A stretch of DNA of 64,000 nucleotides from the human T2T-CHM13v2.0 reference genome, Homo sapiens (GCF_009914755.1 NC_060936.1), one strand, 5' to 3'; shown: positions 19,298-43,377, numbered from the stretch's first letter. The notes: generated by a model from the sequence alone, not told the origin. Program-made: numbers and translations.

Positions 19298-19606
19298 GAA
19301 ATTGTTAGAAAACACACAGAACTGAATGTAAATAGTATTAGGTGGGAATAAGAAGTAAAGGGATGGTAAGGAGGCTTGGAGGAGGAGTAAATTATCTGCT
19401 ATGGGACATCAGCTCTTCCTTTAGAGTAGGTTTAGGTCACATACCAACAGGGCCACTTTGTTCTGACAACAGTGTGCACTGACATGGGCAGAAAGAAACC
19501 ATTTTATAGATAGCAAAACAGGTGGTTATTCTTTATTAGAAATATAAGGAATGATTTGGATTACTTATTTACACTGTAAAATACTATGACCCCCCTCTCA
19601 GTCTCA

Positions 19607-20003
<397 letters not shown>

Positions 20004-21217
20004 AACAGAGCACCTTCAAAATACTAGGCACTACACCTGTGCCCTGGGGAGGAACGCTGCCCGAAACAACCTGATAGGGTGCCTGTCTACCAGGGAGCTA
20101 GGCCTTGCACCGTCAGAAGGCAGTTCCTGAAGCTGCCCAGAGCCAAGACAAAAGACAGAAGTGAGACGACTAGTTCCAAACAAGATAAGAGCCATGAAGA
20201 GGGGCTAAGAGTGTGTATCGCACCGGAGGATTACTACGGGGTTTTCAAACCATGGTACTGTTTGGTGATTACCCTTGGGTTTCAGAAGAGGTGCTGTACA
20301 CAATATTGCTTGGAGACACCTCATTCCACATAATCCTTCTTGAGGTCCTGGATTGCATGTTAGAGGGCAGTGACAATATCTTGTCCTTGGCCATGCCATG
20401 AAATGACCTTCTGTTTGTGTAGTTCCTACTCACAAGAAGAGTTCCCAAGAAAATGAGTACATTAAAGGCAGAGCCGGAATCCCTGCAATAAATCCTGCGG
20501 ACAGAGATGAGGAATTATTCAACGTGGTCACCTTGTGAATGAAAAAGCTTCTGGTGTGAGGGTCTACTGTTGGCTCATATGACATGTATGCTTTCATCCA
20601 CCTCTTCTCTTCGCCTCTACGAGGGGGTAGCAAAAAGGGGACTGTGATCTCAAGTGAATGGTTTGATTTTGCAGGTGCTGTTATTTTTCCCCTAGGAACT
20701 AGCTAAGTTTCCAAACACTGAATTTGCAAATGGGATGAGCCAGAAATAGAGATTTGCTATTTTGTCAGTGGTGACAGTTACCAGTGAGCTGGTAATATTC
20801 AAGTCACTGGAGGTCAGATCATTTAAATCCTCAAATACCATCATGATAGAAAATATAGCTACTGAAATAAGGGTTACAAGAAAGCAATACCATACTGCCA
20901 AGATCTGTGAGCAGTTTACGGACAAAGGAATTGTATGTGATGCGCAGACATGATGTCATTTCTACCTGTTACACTGAACTAAACAGAGTTTGTTTGGGAT
21001 CCAAATTTTCCATTTGGCAAAGATTAAATCCCCAATAACAGTTAGGCATCGGGAAGCAGATGAATAAAATAGTTCATGCATCTGAGGAGCTATGCATGGA
21101 GTCATAGTCAGGGAGACATATATATTCAAATATTTGTCATTTGACTAGAATAGACAATGATAAGATTATTAACTTAAATTGATGGTTGCATAGAGGAGTG
21201 AATTATAGTGAGGTTAG

Positions 21218-22274
<1,057 letters not shown>

Positions 22275-22876
22275 AAGATATTTAATTCTTTACAACGGAC
22301 TGCCATGACTGGAGTTATTGAATCAGTAGGATCAATTTCAATCAAATGCCTTTTTATAGGTGCATGTGGGATAGCTACCCCTATGTGTGAGTTGCAGTTT
22401 TGGCCTTGCTGTGATTATAATTCTCAGTGCGGATGGGGAGAACAGCCTGGGAAATGCATTCTCAGCACTCCCAAGATGGTGAAACCTTGTCTCAGCTGCC
22501 ATGTGAGACCAGTCTTAATTATCCTGGTGAGTGAGTTGAGAATTATTTCAGATTTTCTTTCATATTCAAAACCACCAAGCAGTATGCATGCATGCACCCA
22601 TTCAAGCACTTTTTAATGAGTACAATGAACCAGGCATTGGGCTAGGTGCTTTGGGGAATACAAAATAAATACTTGTCTTAATCCCTGTCTGAACGGACTT
22701 TATGGCAATGGCCCATTTAGGGAGAGGAGACACACACAGGCTGAATACAAGATGGAAAACAAAACAGCTATGGAGGGAGCCTGGATCAAGACCTTAAGAT
22801 GAAGGATTGAAGGAAATGATAATTCCTTTAATTTACTGACAATTAGGTGCCAAACACTGTCAGCGGGTTTATATAA

Positions 22877-24758
<1,882 letters not shown>

Positions 24759-25289
24759 TATTCTGCTCTTTTTATTTGTTGATGGGTTGTCTGTCTTCTC
24801 CATGAGAATGCCAGCTCCAAGAGGACAGGGAGTTGGCCTTGTTTATTGCAGTATCCCCAGTGCCTACAACAGTGCCTGGCCCAGGGTAGGTATGAATGGG
24901 TGATTGAACAAACGAGTGAATGACATCATTCTAGAGAAGTCAGCCACGTGAGGATCTGGAGGGAGAGCATTTCAGGAAAGAGGATGTGTACGTGCAAATG
25001 TCCTGCTGCAGGAATCAGCTTGGGCACGTTTGAGGACTAGACAGCTAAAAGGAAGAGCAGATTTGGGGAAAAGGTGCTGGGTTCAGTCTTGAACATTTTA
25101 CAGTTGTATCTGAGGTGCCATATATCTGCCAGGATCTGGGAAGAAAACGAAGTTCACTCACAAGGGTTGAACTGAAGAGAATTTTAAGAAGGGACTGTTT
25201 GTGTAAGTAAGCAGGGTTCAGGGTTGCAACGTGGGAGGGTGAAACACCAGGGACCTACATCAGGAGGGAGCTCCTTACACCTACATTAG

Positions 25290-25650
25290 CAGGGATGCTT
25301 TCCTTCTGGGGGCTCTAGGGGAGAATCTGCTCTCTTGCCTTTTCCAGCTTTTCGAGGCTGCCCACATTCCTTAGCTTGTGACGCCTCTGTCCATCTTCAA
25401 AGCCGGCGATGGCCGGTCAAGCCTTTCTCACATTACATTTCTCATTTTGGACATTCCTGCCTCTTCTCCCACTTATTAACACCCTGATGATGAAATCCGA
25501 TCCACCAGATAATCCAGAATAATCTTCCCACCTCAAGATCCTTGACCTAATACTATCTGCAAAGTCCCTTTTGCCATGTAAAGTAACATATTCACAGGTT
25601 CCAGGGATGAGGATGAGGACATCTTTGGGGGCCCATTCTGCTTATCACAG
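25290..25650 (-). mobile_element. MLT1 (C/D-like) MaLR LTR fragment
   Basis: 'ggctctaggggagaatctg', 'ataatccagaataatct', 'gtaacatattcacaggttccagggat'. Confidence 0.8.
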
Positions 25651-25682
25651 TACCCTTGGGTCTTAAGGATATAAGGATGGTA

Positions 25683-25936
25683 GGCCAGGCATGGTGGCTC
25701 ATGCCTGTAATCCCAGCACTTTGGGAGGCCGAGGCGGGCAGATCACCTTGACCAACATGGTGTAACCCCACCTCTACTAAAAATACAGAAATTAGCCAGG
25801 CGTGGTGGCACGTGCCTGTAATCCTAGCTACTTGGGAGGCTGAGGCAGGAGAATAGCTTGAACCCAGGAGGTGGAGGTTGTAGTGAGCTGAGATAGCGCT
25901 ACTGCACTCCAACCTGGACGATAGAGCGAGACTACA

Positions 25937-25987
<51 letters not shown>

Positions 25988-26023
25988 ACTGCACTCCAAC
26001 CTGGACGATAGAGCGAGACTACA

Positions 26024-26074
<51 letters not shown>
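25683..26074 (+). mobile_element. AluS with internal deletion, (CA)n tail and duplicated 3' end
   Basis: Alu dimer; degenerate TSD aaggatataaggatgg / aaggatacagggatgg. Confidence 0.9.
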
Positions 26075-26079
<5 letters not shown>

Positions 26080-26384
26080 ATACAGGGATGGAAGAACAGG
26101 AACAGTATTCCTGGAATCTGGAAAGACCTGGAGCCATGGAGAAGGACTCCCCTGCTGGAGCTGCAGCCCCAGAAGGGCTGAGTGAGGAAGGGCCAAATGC
26201 ACTGAACTCTCTCTCCTGCCTCCCTTTGATCTCCAGGGCTGCCTCTCATTGTTCCAGCCTATCTGCAGGCCAGGTGGCCAAGCTGTGCAGGTGCTGCAGC
26301 CTGCAGGGCTTAGCGTCCCCGGCCCAGAGCAGGGCAAATAATGGATCTGGGGTGGAGATGGGGGGCAAATGGAGAGTAACACTT

Positions 26385-26545
26385 AAGGTGTGGCCTGTGC
26401 ATCAGCAGCCTCAGCCTGGTCTGTAACTGTTGGAAATGCAGAGTCTCGGATCCCACCCAAGCCCCACTGGATCAGAATCTGCATTTTATCCACGAGATCT
26501 CTAGGGGATTCATAGGTGCATTTGCAGTTTGAGACAAGCTGCACT
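26385..26545. mobile_element. MER5A-like hAT element
   Basis: 'gaaatgcagagtctcgg...atcagaatctgcatttt'. Confidence 0.7.
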
Positions 26546-26567
26546 GGAGGACTATTGATTTATTCTT

Positions 26568-26884
<317 letters not shown>

Positions 26885-27966
26885 TAAAGGCTGTTGGAAA
26901 TTATGCCCATGCTTGGGTCAGCTCATCTCTTGAGAATCATTTGATATCACAAGAGAAGCCACGAAGTCTAGGCTATGGAGTAAGAAGAAATCCAAAGACT
27001 AGATTTCAAAGAACAAGACAAGCATTATCACAAAATGTCTTGAAAATAGCTTCAGATATTCTTAGACATTACACCTACCAAAACTGAATTTGTGAAATCC
27101 TAAGCATATGTTACATCCATCTAACCATAGGAAGAGAAGAGAAAAAAAAAATGTAAAGGAAGCAAACTCTAAAATTAAAATCTGTTCAGGAGGTGACGGA
27201 TGTCTGGGTCTTGACGGATTTCTAGACTTGTAAAAAGTAGTTGTTTTTTTCATCTTCATTCATCCATGTTTGATTGTTGCTTTCTCAGGACCATTATTTT
27301 TTTTTTCTCATAGGAAAATTAATTTCTTTCTTTCTAAAGTGTTGATTCTCCCGTGTTGCTTTGTATGAAGGCTTTAGAAAATGTCTAACAATGGTTTGAG
27401 TGATAGACGGAAAAAACTCCAGTGCCTCAGCTACACAAAAGACTCTCTAGCGAGGTCCTATTGTGCATTGATTTACTGTGTTGAATAACTTTTCCACATT
27501 CGAAAATGCATTAAAGCTCTTATTTAGGACCATCTAATTCCTGTCTTTAGAGTTAACAATCAACCATCAGGTTTCTGCTTAGGGTAAGTTAAAACAGGCG
27601 TTTTGGTTGAGGACGATAAATACCTCTGCGTTTTAGGCTGCAGGTGCAGATGGAGCATTCTGTTCTAGGCATGTTGATTTAGGAGGAAAATCGGAGTTTT
27701 GGAACTTTACAGGCTTGGGTTACTTTCCTGGTTTTGCCATTTACTAGCTGTGCGACCTTGGGCTTGTCAGTAAAGGCCTTCGGTCTGCCCATCCTCTTTA
27801 GAAAAATGGAGCTACTTTTCCTACTTTGTTGGGAAGGGTTGTTGAGAAGTTTAATATTAATGGATGGCCTGGCACATAGTGGGTGCTCAGTAAACAGCTG
27901 TGTTTTTCCTATGGGGCTAGGGAATGTCTTTCAGGCTTTTGACATAGCCTGTTGCTGGGGTCGTAT

Positions 27967-29361
27967 TGTGTCCGGAATTGGTGGGTTCTTGTTCTCACTG
28001 ACTTCAAGAATGAAGCTGCGGACCCTCGCGATGAGTGTTACAGTTCTTAAAGGCGGCGTGTCCGGAGTTTGTTCCTTCTGACGTTCGGATGTGTTCAGTT
28101 TCTTCCTTCTGGTGGGTTCGTGGTCTCACTGGCTCAGGAGTGAAGCTGCAGACTTTCACGGTGAATGTTACAGCTCTTAAGGCCGCGCGTCTGGAGTTGT
28201 TCCTTCCTCCCGGTGGGCTGGTGGGCTCGTGGTCTCGCTGGCTTCAGAAGTGAAGCTGCAGACCTTCGCGGTGAGTGTTTCAGCTCATAAAGGCAGTGTG
28301 GACCCAAAGAGTGAGCAGTAGCAAGATTTATTGCAAAGAGCAAAAGAACAAAGCTTCCACAGTGTGGAAGAGGACCCCAGTGGGTTGCCACTGCTGGCTC
28401 GGGCAGCCTGCTTTTATTCTCTTATCTGGCCCCACCCACATCCTGCTGATTGGTAGAGCGGAGTGGTCTGTTTTGCCAGGGCACTGATTGGTGCGTTTAC
28501 AATCCCTGAGCTAGACACAAAGGTTCTCCAAGTCCCCCCCAGATTAGCTAGATACAGAGTGTGGACACAAAGGTTCTCCAAGTCCCCACCAGAGTAGCTA
28601 GATACAGAGTGTCGATTGGTGCATTCACAAACCCAGAGCTAGACACAGGGTGCTGATTGGTGTGTTTACAAACCTTGAGCTAGATACAGAGTGCCAGTTG
28701 GTGTATTTATAATCCCTGAGTTAGACACAAAGGTTCTCCACGTCCCCACCAGACTCAGGAGCCCAGCTGGCTTCACCCAGTAGATCCTGCACCAGGGCTG
28801 CAGGTGGAGCTGCCTGCCAGTCCCATGCAGTGCGACTGCACTCCTCAGCCCTTGGGTGGTCGATGGGACTGGGCACCCTGGAGCAGAGGGCGGTGCTCGT
28901 AGGCGAGGCTCTGGCCGCACAGGAGCCTATGGAGGTGGGGGGAGGCTCAGGCATGGCGGGCTGCAGGTCCCAAGCCCTGCTCCACGGGAAGGCAGCTAAG
29001 GCCCTGCGAGAAATTGAGCACAGCAGCTGCTGGCCCAGGTGCTAAGCCCCTCACTGCCCGGGGCCGGTGGGGCCGGCCTGCCGCTCCAAGTGTGGGGTCC
29101 GCTGAGCCCACGCCCACCAGGAACTCGCGCTGGCCCGCAAGCACCGCGCACAGCCCCGGTTCCTGCCCGCGCCTCTCCCTCCACACCTCCCCGCAAGCTG
29201 AGGGAGCCGGCTCCGGCCTTGGCCAGCCCAGAAAGGGGCTCCCACAGTGCAGTGGCGGGCTGAAGGGCTCCTCAAGTGCCGCCAAAATGGGAGCCCAGGC
29301 AGAGGAGGCGCCTAGAGCGAGCGAGGGCTGTTAAGGGCTGCCAGCATGCTGTCACCTCTCA
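27967..29361 (-). mobile_element. Solo LTR12C (ERV9/HERV9 LTR), 1395 bp
   Basis: Minus strand begins TGAGAGGTGACAGC and ends CCAATTCCGGACACA; 4-bp TSD GTAT at 27963-27966 and 29362-29365; ~41-bp U3 repeats; CpG-rich 5' part. Confidence 0.95.
28412..28760 (-). promoter_or_regulatory. LTR12C U3 promoter/enhancer: CCAAT boxes, GT box, AATAAAA TATA-like element
   Basis: ATTGG at 28449, 28487, 28615, 28656; CCCCACCC at ~28430; TTTTATT 28412-28418. Confidence 0.75.
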
Positions 29362-29846
29362 GTATGAATTTACCAGTTGGTAACGCATAGCAGGGAGAAT
29401 CAGTGCACAATATTCACAGATTGCATTAGGGTTTAGATAGCTCTTCCAAGAGGTAATTGTTAAGCAAAAACCTTTTACTTTTATTGCAGTCTATTATTAG
29501 TATTGGAAGTCCTCAGTTAGATTTTCTCCCTGGTATGGAATGAAAACTTAATTCAAACACACACAGGAGAGGCAAACATGTTATTATTTGCTAATGGCTT
29601 TTAATCTTGGGAAGAGAGATAGATTGATTATCACCTCTGCCTTGGATAATTGGGGGAAGTGCTTCCATTTTGGAGAGGGTGATTTTTAAAGAGTTGAGAG
29701 TGGGGGAAGGCTGAGAGTCAAGAGCTGGTTAGGAGTCGTGCCTGTGTGATTTTGGTAACTTAAGCTTCTAGAGCCTCAGTTTCCTCACTGAAGAATGTGG
29801 CTGACAATTGTACCGTACTGCCCATGCCACTGTGAGGATTAAATGA

Positions 29847-32625
<2,779 letters not shown>

Positions 32626-32742
32626 TATATACAGGCACTGTGCTAAGGTGCCTGACATGGATTCTCTTATTAAATCCACAAAACAACCATACTGGGTAGG
32701 TGCTATGGTTATCTTCATTTTACAGATGTGTAAACTGAGGCC

Positions 32743-33083
32743 TGATATCATTTGGCTCTGTGTCCCACCCAAATCTCATAATCTAAAACTGTAATCCCCA
32801 TGTGTCAGAGGAGGGGCCTGGCAGGAGCTGATTGGATCATCGGGGTGGATTTCCCCCTTGCTGTTCTTGTGATAGTGAGTTCTCATGAGATCTTACGGTT
32901 TAAAAGTGTGGCAGTCCCCCTTCACTGTCTCGCCTGCCGCCATTTAAGATGTGCCTTGCTTCTCCTTCACTTTGTGCCATAATTGTAAGTTTCCTGAGGC
33001 CTCCCCACCCATGTGAGTCAATTAAACTTCTATCACCCACTCTAAGCTATGTCTTTATAGCAGTGTGAGAACGGACTAACCCA
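32743..33083 (+). mobile_element. MSTA-like solo MaLR LTR
   Basis: TGATATCATTTGGCTCTGTGTCCCACCCAAATC ... GTGTGAGAACGGACTAA. Confidence 0.85.
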
Positions 33084-33212
33084 AGGCTGTTAGCTGCCAT
33101 CTGTTAATTGAGCATTTATTAAGTGCTATGTACCATCTTACTGAAGTAAGATGCATGATCTTACTTCACTTCCAGAAACCTTAGGAACTATACTGAAAAC
33201 ACAACTTTAGAC

Positions 33213-33725
33213 CAGGGTTGGCAAACTTTTCCTATAAAGGTCCAGATAGTAAATATTTGATGCTTTTGTGAGCCGTACGATGATCTCTGTCGAGACTGTT
33301 CAACTCTGTTGCTGTGGTGCAAAAGCAGCCAGAGATGATTCATAAATGGATGAGCATGACTGTGTTCCAATAAAACTTTATTGAGGAACATTGATGTTTA
33401 AATTTTATTTCATTTTCACTTGAAAACGATCACAAAATATCATTTTTCCTTCCTTTTTTGTTTTTTTTTTTGAGACAGAGTTTCACTCTGTCACCCAGGC
33501 TGGAGTGCAGTGGGAGGATCACAGCCCACTCAAAGGGATCCTCCCACCCTAACTTCCTAAGTAGCTGGGACTACAGGCATGCACCACCATGCCCAGCTAA
33601 TTTTTCTTTTAATTTTTTCCAACTATTTAAAAATGTAAAATTGTTCCTAATTCACAAGTCATATGAAAACAAGCAGTGGGGCTGGAACTGGCTTGTGGGC
33701 CGGGCTGTGGTTTGCCAAGCCTGGC
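33213..33725. mobile_element. MER58B-like element with nested Alu fragment (33454-33610)
   Basis: CAGGGTTGGCAAACTTTT ... GTTTGCCAAGCCTG termini. Confidence 0.78.
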
Positions 33726-34121
33726 TTTAGGCCATCAGTTCCCTGAGGGCTGGAAACTTGCTGACCCTGCTCAGTGTGGTATGCCCAGTTTCCGACTCAC
33801 CACCAGGTGGTCAGAACAAGTTTGCTGAATGAATGAGTAAATGTACGTTGATATCTCAGAAGGTGAAAGTGATGTTTCTACTTTGGGCAACAACTCTGAC
33901 ATACCTAGCATTTTTTAGGGTGCAATATTAATAATCATGTCAGATTACAGGTGTACACTGGGGCTGTCTCAGGCAAACCAGGATGCATGGCTATGCCAAT
34001 GTTCTTCACCAGGAAGATGATTCTTTGCCATAATGACAGTAGGACACCAACCCCTGTGTGTGTGTGTGTGTGTGTGTGTTTGCACACATGCCTGAGAGTG
34101 CTGAACAAAATTATGAATTTT

Positions 34122-34305
34122 TCTTTTTTTGTTTTGTTTTGTTTTTTTAAGTCAAGGTCTTGCAATGTTGCCCAGGTTGGAGTGCAGTGGCTATTTATGA
34201 GTGTGATCATAGCATACTGCAGTCTCTAATTCGTAGTCTCAAGCAATGCTCTTGCTTCAGCTTCCTGAATAGCTGGAACTATAGGTGTGTGCCATCACGC
34301 CCAGC
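34122..34305 (-). mobile_element. Fossil Alu monomer (FAM/FRAM-like)
   Basis: 'gcagtggctatttatgagtgtgatcatagcatactgcag' 7SL-like insert. Confidence 0.75.
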
Positions 34306-34454
34306 CTCCCACAAGCCTGCAGAAGAGCTGCAAAAATAATATACTGATTCGATGAACACCCATGCCCGTCACCCTAATGTGGCCATCTTTAACATTGTGC
34401 CACATGTGCGCTATCCACCACCTATCATCGTTAGCTATCAATCCAACTATCTGT

Positions 34455-34505
<51 letters not shown>

Positions 34506-34600
34506 GATCTACCTGTATTCATCTATCTGTATCTATCATCTATCTTGTATCTATATCTCTGTATCTATCTATCTATCTATCCTATCTATCTCTATCTTAT
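34455..34600. repeat. (TCTA)12 tetranucleotide STR plus degenerate extension, inside L1MC-like remnant (~34310-35160)
   Basis: Direct reading. Confidence 0.93.
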
Positions 34601-35672
34601 TATTTTTTCCTGGGTACGAAGTGCAGACATCACGGCATTTCACCCCTTCCATACTGCAATGTGCATCTCTTAAGAACACAGACATCCTTTTTCATAACCA
34701 CAATATATTGTTCATATTTAGAAAATTTAACATTGATACAATACTATCATATGAGATACAGTCAGTATTTGAATTTTCCCAGTAATGTATTTTACAGGAC
34801 CCAATTAAGGATCATGCATGGCATTTATTAGTCATTTTTATTCAGTCTCTTGGAATCCAGAACAGTCCCTTCCTTCTTTTTGTCTTTCATGGCGTGGGTA
34901 CTTGAAGAGCATAGATCAGGTGTTTCGTACAGAGTCTCTCAATGTGGATTTGTTTGATTGCTTCCTGGTGATTGCATTGGAGTTAAATATTTCTGGTAAA
35001 AATATGATATTGGTGATGTTGTGTTCTTAGTGCATTCCATCACCAGGCACGTAATGTCATTTGTCCCATTATCAATGACGTTAACCTTGATTACCTGGTT
35101 AAGGTGATATTGTCAGATTTCTCCCCTGTAAAGGAAACTTTTCCATTCATAATTAACAACTGCCATTTTGTAACTCAGGAGAAATATCATTCAGGTGAAG
35201 AAATCATTGAAGAGTGTAAGCAGGAAAAGACAAAACAGGTGTAAGAGGCTCTGTCTGGCAGACACTGTTGGCCCAGCTTCCAGGTTCTTACAAGCTTAAG
35301 GGTGACTGCATGCAACCAGTGAAATAGCTGATGGCTTTTTGCTCCGTGGCTGTATGTATGCAAAACAGCGCTCTTGCCCAGCAACTGTAGATTTATTGAT
35401 TGTGTTAACTCTCCATGATTCAGTAATTCGGGCTGACTGCCGGGGTGCAGCAAATCTTTCTTGAGAAGTTGCATTAGTTTTCACATCATGTAGCTGCCAA
35501 AGTAGAGGACGTGGCCAGCTTCCCCTCCTCTCTACCGTCTTTCCAAGGGCAGCAGCTCAGACACATGCTGTTCCAGACCACTATATCTCTCACCTGATGA
35601 TGATAATAGTCCCCCACAACATCCACTCTGCTCGCCTCCTCACCCTGGTGCATTCTCCTTGAAGCAGCCTCA

Positions 35673-36028
<356 letters not shown>

Positions 36029-36764
36029 TTAACCCTCTCCTTGAAACTTCTCCCATTGCCCTTAGAATAAAGATCTAAATCCTTACTGTGACCTACCCTG
36101 GATGGCCTGGCCCTTGCCTTTCTCTCAGATCTCATTTTCTTCCTCTCTTGCCTGTTGCTGCTTTCTGAACTCAGCCACAATGCCTTTCTTTCTGTTTTAC
36201 AAAAATGCTTCTACCTCAGGGCCTTTGCATATGCTTACAATTCTTCTGCCAGAGACACTCCTCTTTCATTCTCCCACTAAGATAACAGTTTGTGTTGTGT
36301 GCTCACTAGGGAGGGCTCCAGTTTCAGGTATGACTGGATCCCAAGGCTCCAATAAAGTTGGAGGGAATTTATCTCTTGACTCAGTGTTGGCTTTGTGGAG
36401 GCCATTTCTCTTCTCATGGTGGCAAGACGGCTGCCAATATCTCCAGGCTTACATCCTACCTTCTCTGTAGCTCCTATGAAAAGAGAGCCCCTTTTTCCTG
36501 ATAGTTCTTAAACGGATTATGGGATTGGCTTGAATTGGATCACCACAGGTCCCATGTCTACTCCTGAGCCAATTCCTATGGGCAGGAGGATGGAATGCAC
36601 TCATTGGTCAGGCCTGGGTCCTGTGACCACCCCTAGGAAGAGGGCGTGGATTGGCCTTTCCTACACCTCATGGACTAAAAATGGGGGGAGGCGAATTCCC
36701 CTAAAGAAAACAGGGGTGCTGTTACCAGATGAGGGGGAGTGCATACTGGGGGGCAGCAAAATAA

Positions 36765-38665
<1,901 letters not shown>

Positions 38666-38751
38666 TATCCTGTGTTTTTATTTCCTTTTTCTCCAGGAAT
38701 GCAAACTTGAATTAATTTCACAAACCAAAGGAGAACATTGCAGGAATTTTT

Positions 38752-39365
38752 ATTTATTTATTTATTTTTAATTTTTTGTATTTACATACATTGTTTCATT
38801 TATTTTTCTAATTACCAGTCCTCAAAGTAGATGTTATTCCCATTTTACAAGGAAAAGTTGAGGCTTAATGAGTTTAACTTTCCCAAGGACACTTAATTAA
38901 TGATAGAAGAATGAGGAATCCCAATATAGGACTGATGGTAAACCTATCCTTTTGGTTATGTTGCTGTTCTCTCTCTCTCTGTCTCTGTCTCTCTGTGTGT
39001 GTATTGTCCATATAAAGAACCCAGTTGATTATGAAATGCAATTAGAAGCTGTTATTTTTGGGACTCTTGCCATGGCTGGAGTAGGCTTAAATTTAAGAGA
39101 CACAGCTCTTGCCACTGATTAGTTTCTCACAGCACTCTCATGCCTGGGAAGGGCGTCATCAACCAGTTGATCACGTCAGCTGGAGTAACTAGCAGTCGCT
39201 AATGAGGACCTTTCCCCAAGCATCTATATCTGAGAATTTCAGAGATTCACAAATGCAATTTAGAAATGTCATTATGTAGTTACATAAATGTTTAATTTTT
39301 CCACCCATATGTTTACACTTTGAATATTTTTGAATATTTGAATATTTTCTATAAGCCATGTATTG

Positions 39366-39408
<43 letters not shown>

Positions 39409-39561
39409 CTTTAAGTTTTAGGGTACATGTGCACAATGTGCAGGTTAGTTACATATGTATACATGTGCCATGCTGGTGCGCTGCACCCACTAACTCGTCA
39501 CCTTGCATTAGGTATATCTCCCAATGCTATCCCTCCGCCCTCCCCCCACCCCACAACAGTC
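38752..39561 (-). mobile_element. 5'-truncated L1PA2-like insertion (L1 part 39366-39561) with 3'-transduced flank (38778-39365)
   Basis: TSD CATTGCAGGAATTTTT at 38736-38751 and 39562-39577; two A-rich tails; L1 3'UTR with GAG (non-Ta) diagnostic. Confidence 0.88.
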
Positions 39562-40202
39562 CATTGCAGGAATTTTTAATGGCAAAAAGAAAAAAAAAAA
39601 TCAAGTTCCCTGAGGCTAACTACAACATGGATTGCAATATACCAGCATTCACCACCCCTGGGAGGGTTGCTAAAGCTTTCACTTTTATGGCCGTTTTGTT
39701 TTTGTTTTGTTTTCTTCATAAAGGCAGTTTGGAGAAGATGAAGATATTTTAGTCTTTGGCAAATCATTTTGTTTAATGGCCACTGACTGCTTCTCAAGTT
39801 TTTATAAAATTTTATAAAAGCCTTCATTTTTGGGAGGCTTTTCATGTTGGATACCTAAGGAGATGAACCCATTTAACAGAGATCTAGACTGAAGTGTCCA
39901 GTCTTTCCTCCTAGGATAGGCTCTGGGAGTCCTGATGTGCAGAGAATCTCCAGGCAGACTGAGAATGACATCTGTGTAAATAGTGCCTTTGGTCAAGCTT
40001 TCTCTATCTTCTGGACCTCGGTTTGCCTCTGTAATTGGAGGGGGAAACCACAGAGAAATGCAGTGTATGGTACTAAGGATGACTGTAGATCATGCAAGGA
40101 TAGAACTTTAAATACCCTTGAATCAGCTGGTTAGAAAGTTCTCCCTTTTCTCAGTTCTCTTTTGGTCTTTCTGAAAACTTCAGCTTTGTGCTAATAGGGT
40201 TC

Positions 40203-40566
40203 GTTACCACAGACTGAATGTTTGTGCACCCCACACCCCCCAAAATTCATAGCTTTCAGCTTTAACCCTCCAGTGGCATAGTATTAGGAGGTGAGGCCTT
40301 TGGGAGGTGATTAGGTTTAATGGGGTTATGAGGGTAGGGGGCCTTATGATGGAATTAGTGCCCTTATAAGACCACCAGAGCTTCATTTCTTGCCACTGAG
40401 GAGACAGCAAGAAGGCTGCTGTCTACAAGCCAGGAAGGGAGTCCTCACCAGAACTCAATCATGATCTTGGACTTCCCAGCCTCCAAAACTGTGAGAAGAA
40501 AACACCTGTTGTTTAAGCCACTCAGTCTATGGTAGTTTGCTAGAGCAGTTGAAGTTGACTACGACA
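40203..40566 (+). mobile_element. MLT1A-like solo MaLR LTR
   Basis: 'gactgaatgtttgtgcacccc...cttggacttcccagcctccaaaactgtgagaa...gactacgaca'. Confidence 0.85.
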
Positions 40567-40635
40567 ATGGCTTTCACGCCAGATGTTTGCTGATCTCTCT
40601 TTATAACAAAGAAAATGTAATAACATCACTTTTAA

Positions 40636-43377
<2,742 letters not shown>

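Noticed and set aside
28480-28760. Regularly spaced ~41-bp repeats that superficially resemble a CRISPR array
   Set aside because: Known LTR12 enhancer repeats without unique spacers, in human DNA with no cas genes.
28666-29334. Overlapping GC-rich ORFs and CpG-island-like stretch
   Set aside because: Entirely within LTR12C U3; not a host gene or host promoter.
39363-39752. 129-aa ORF with poly-tyrosine
   Set aside because: Antisense reading of the L1 (AAT)n tail and 3'UTR.
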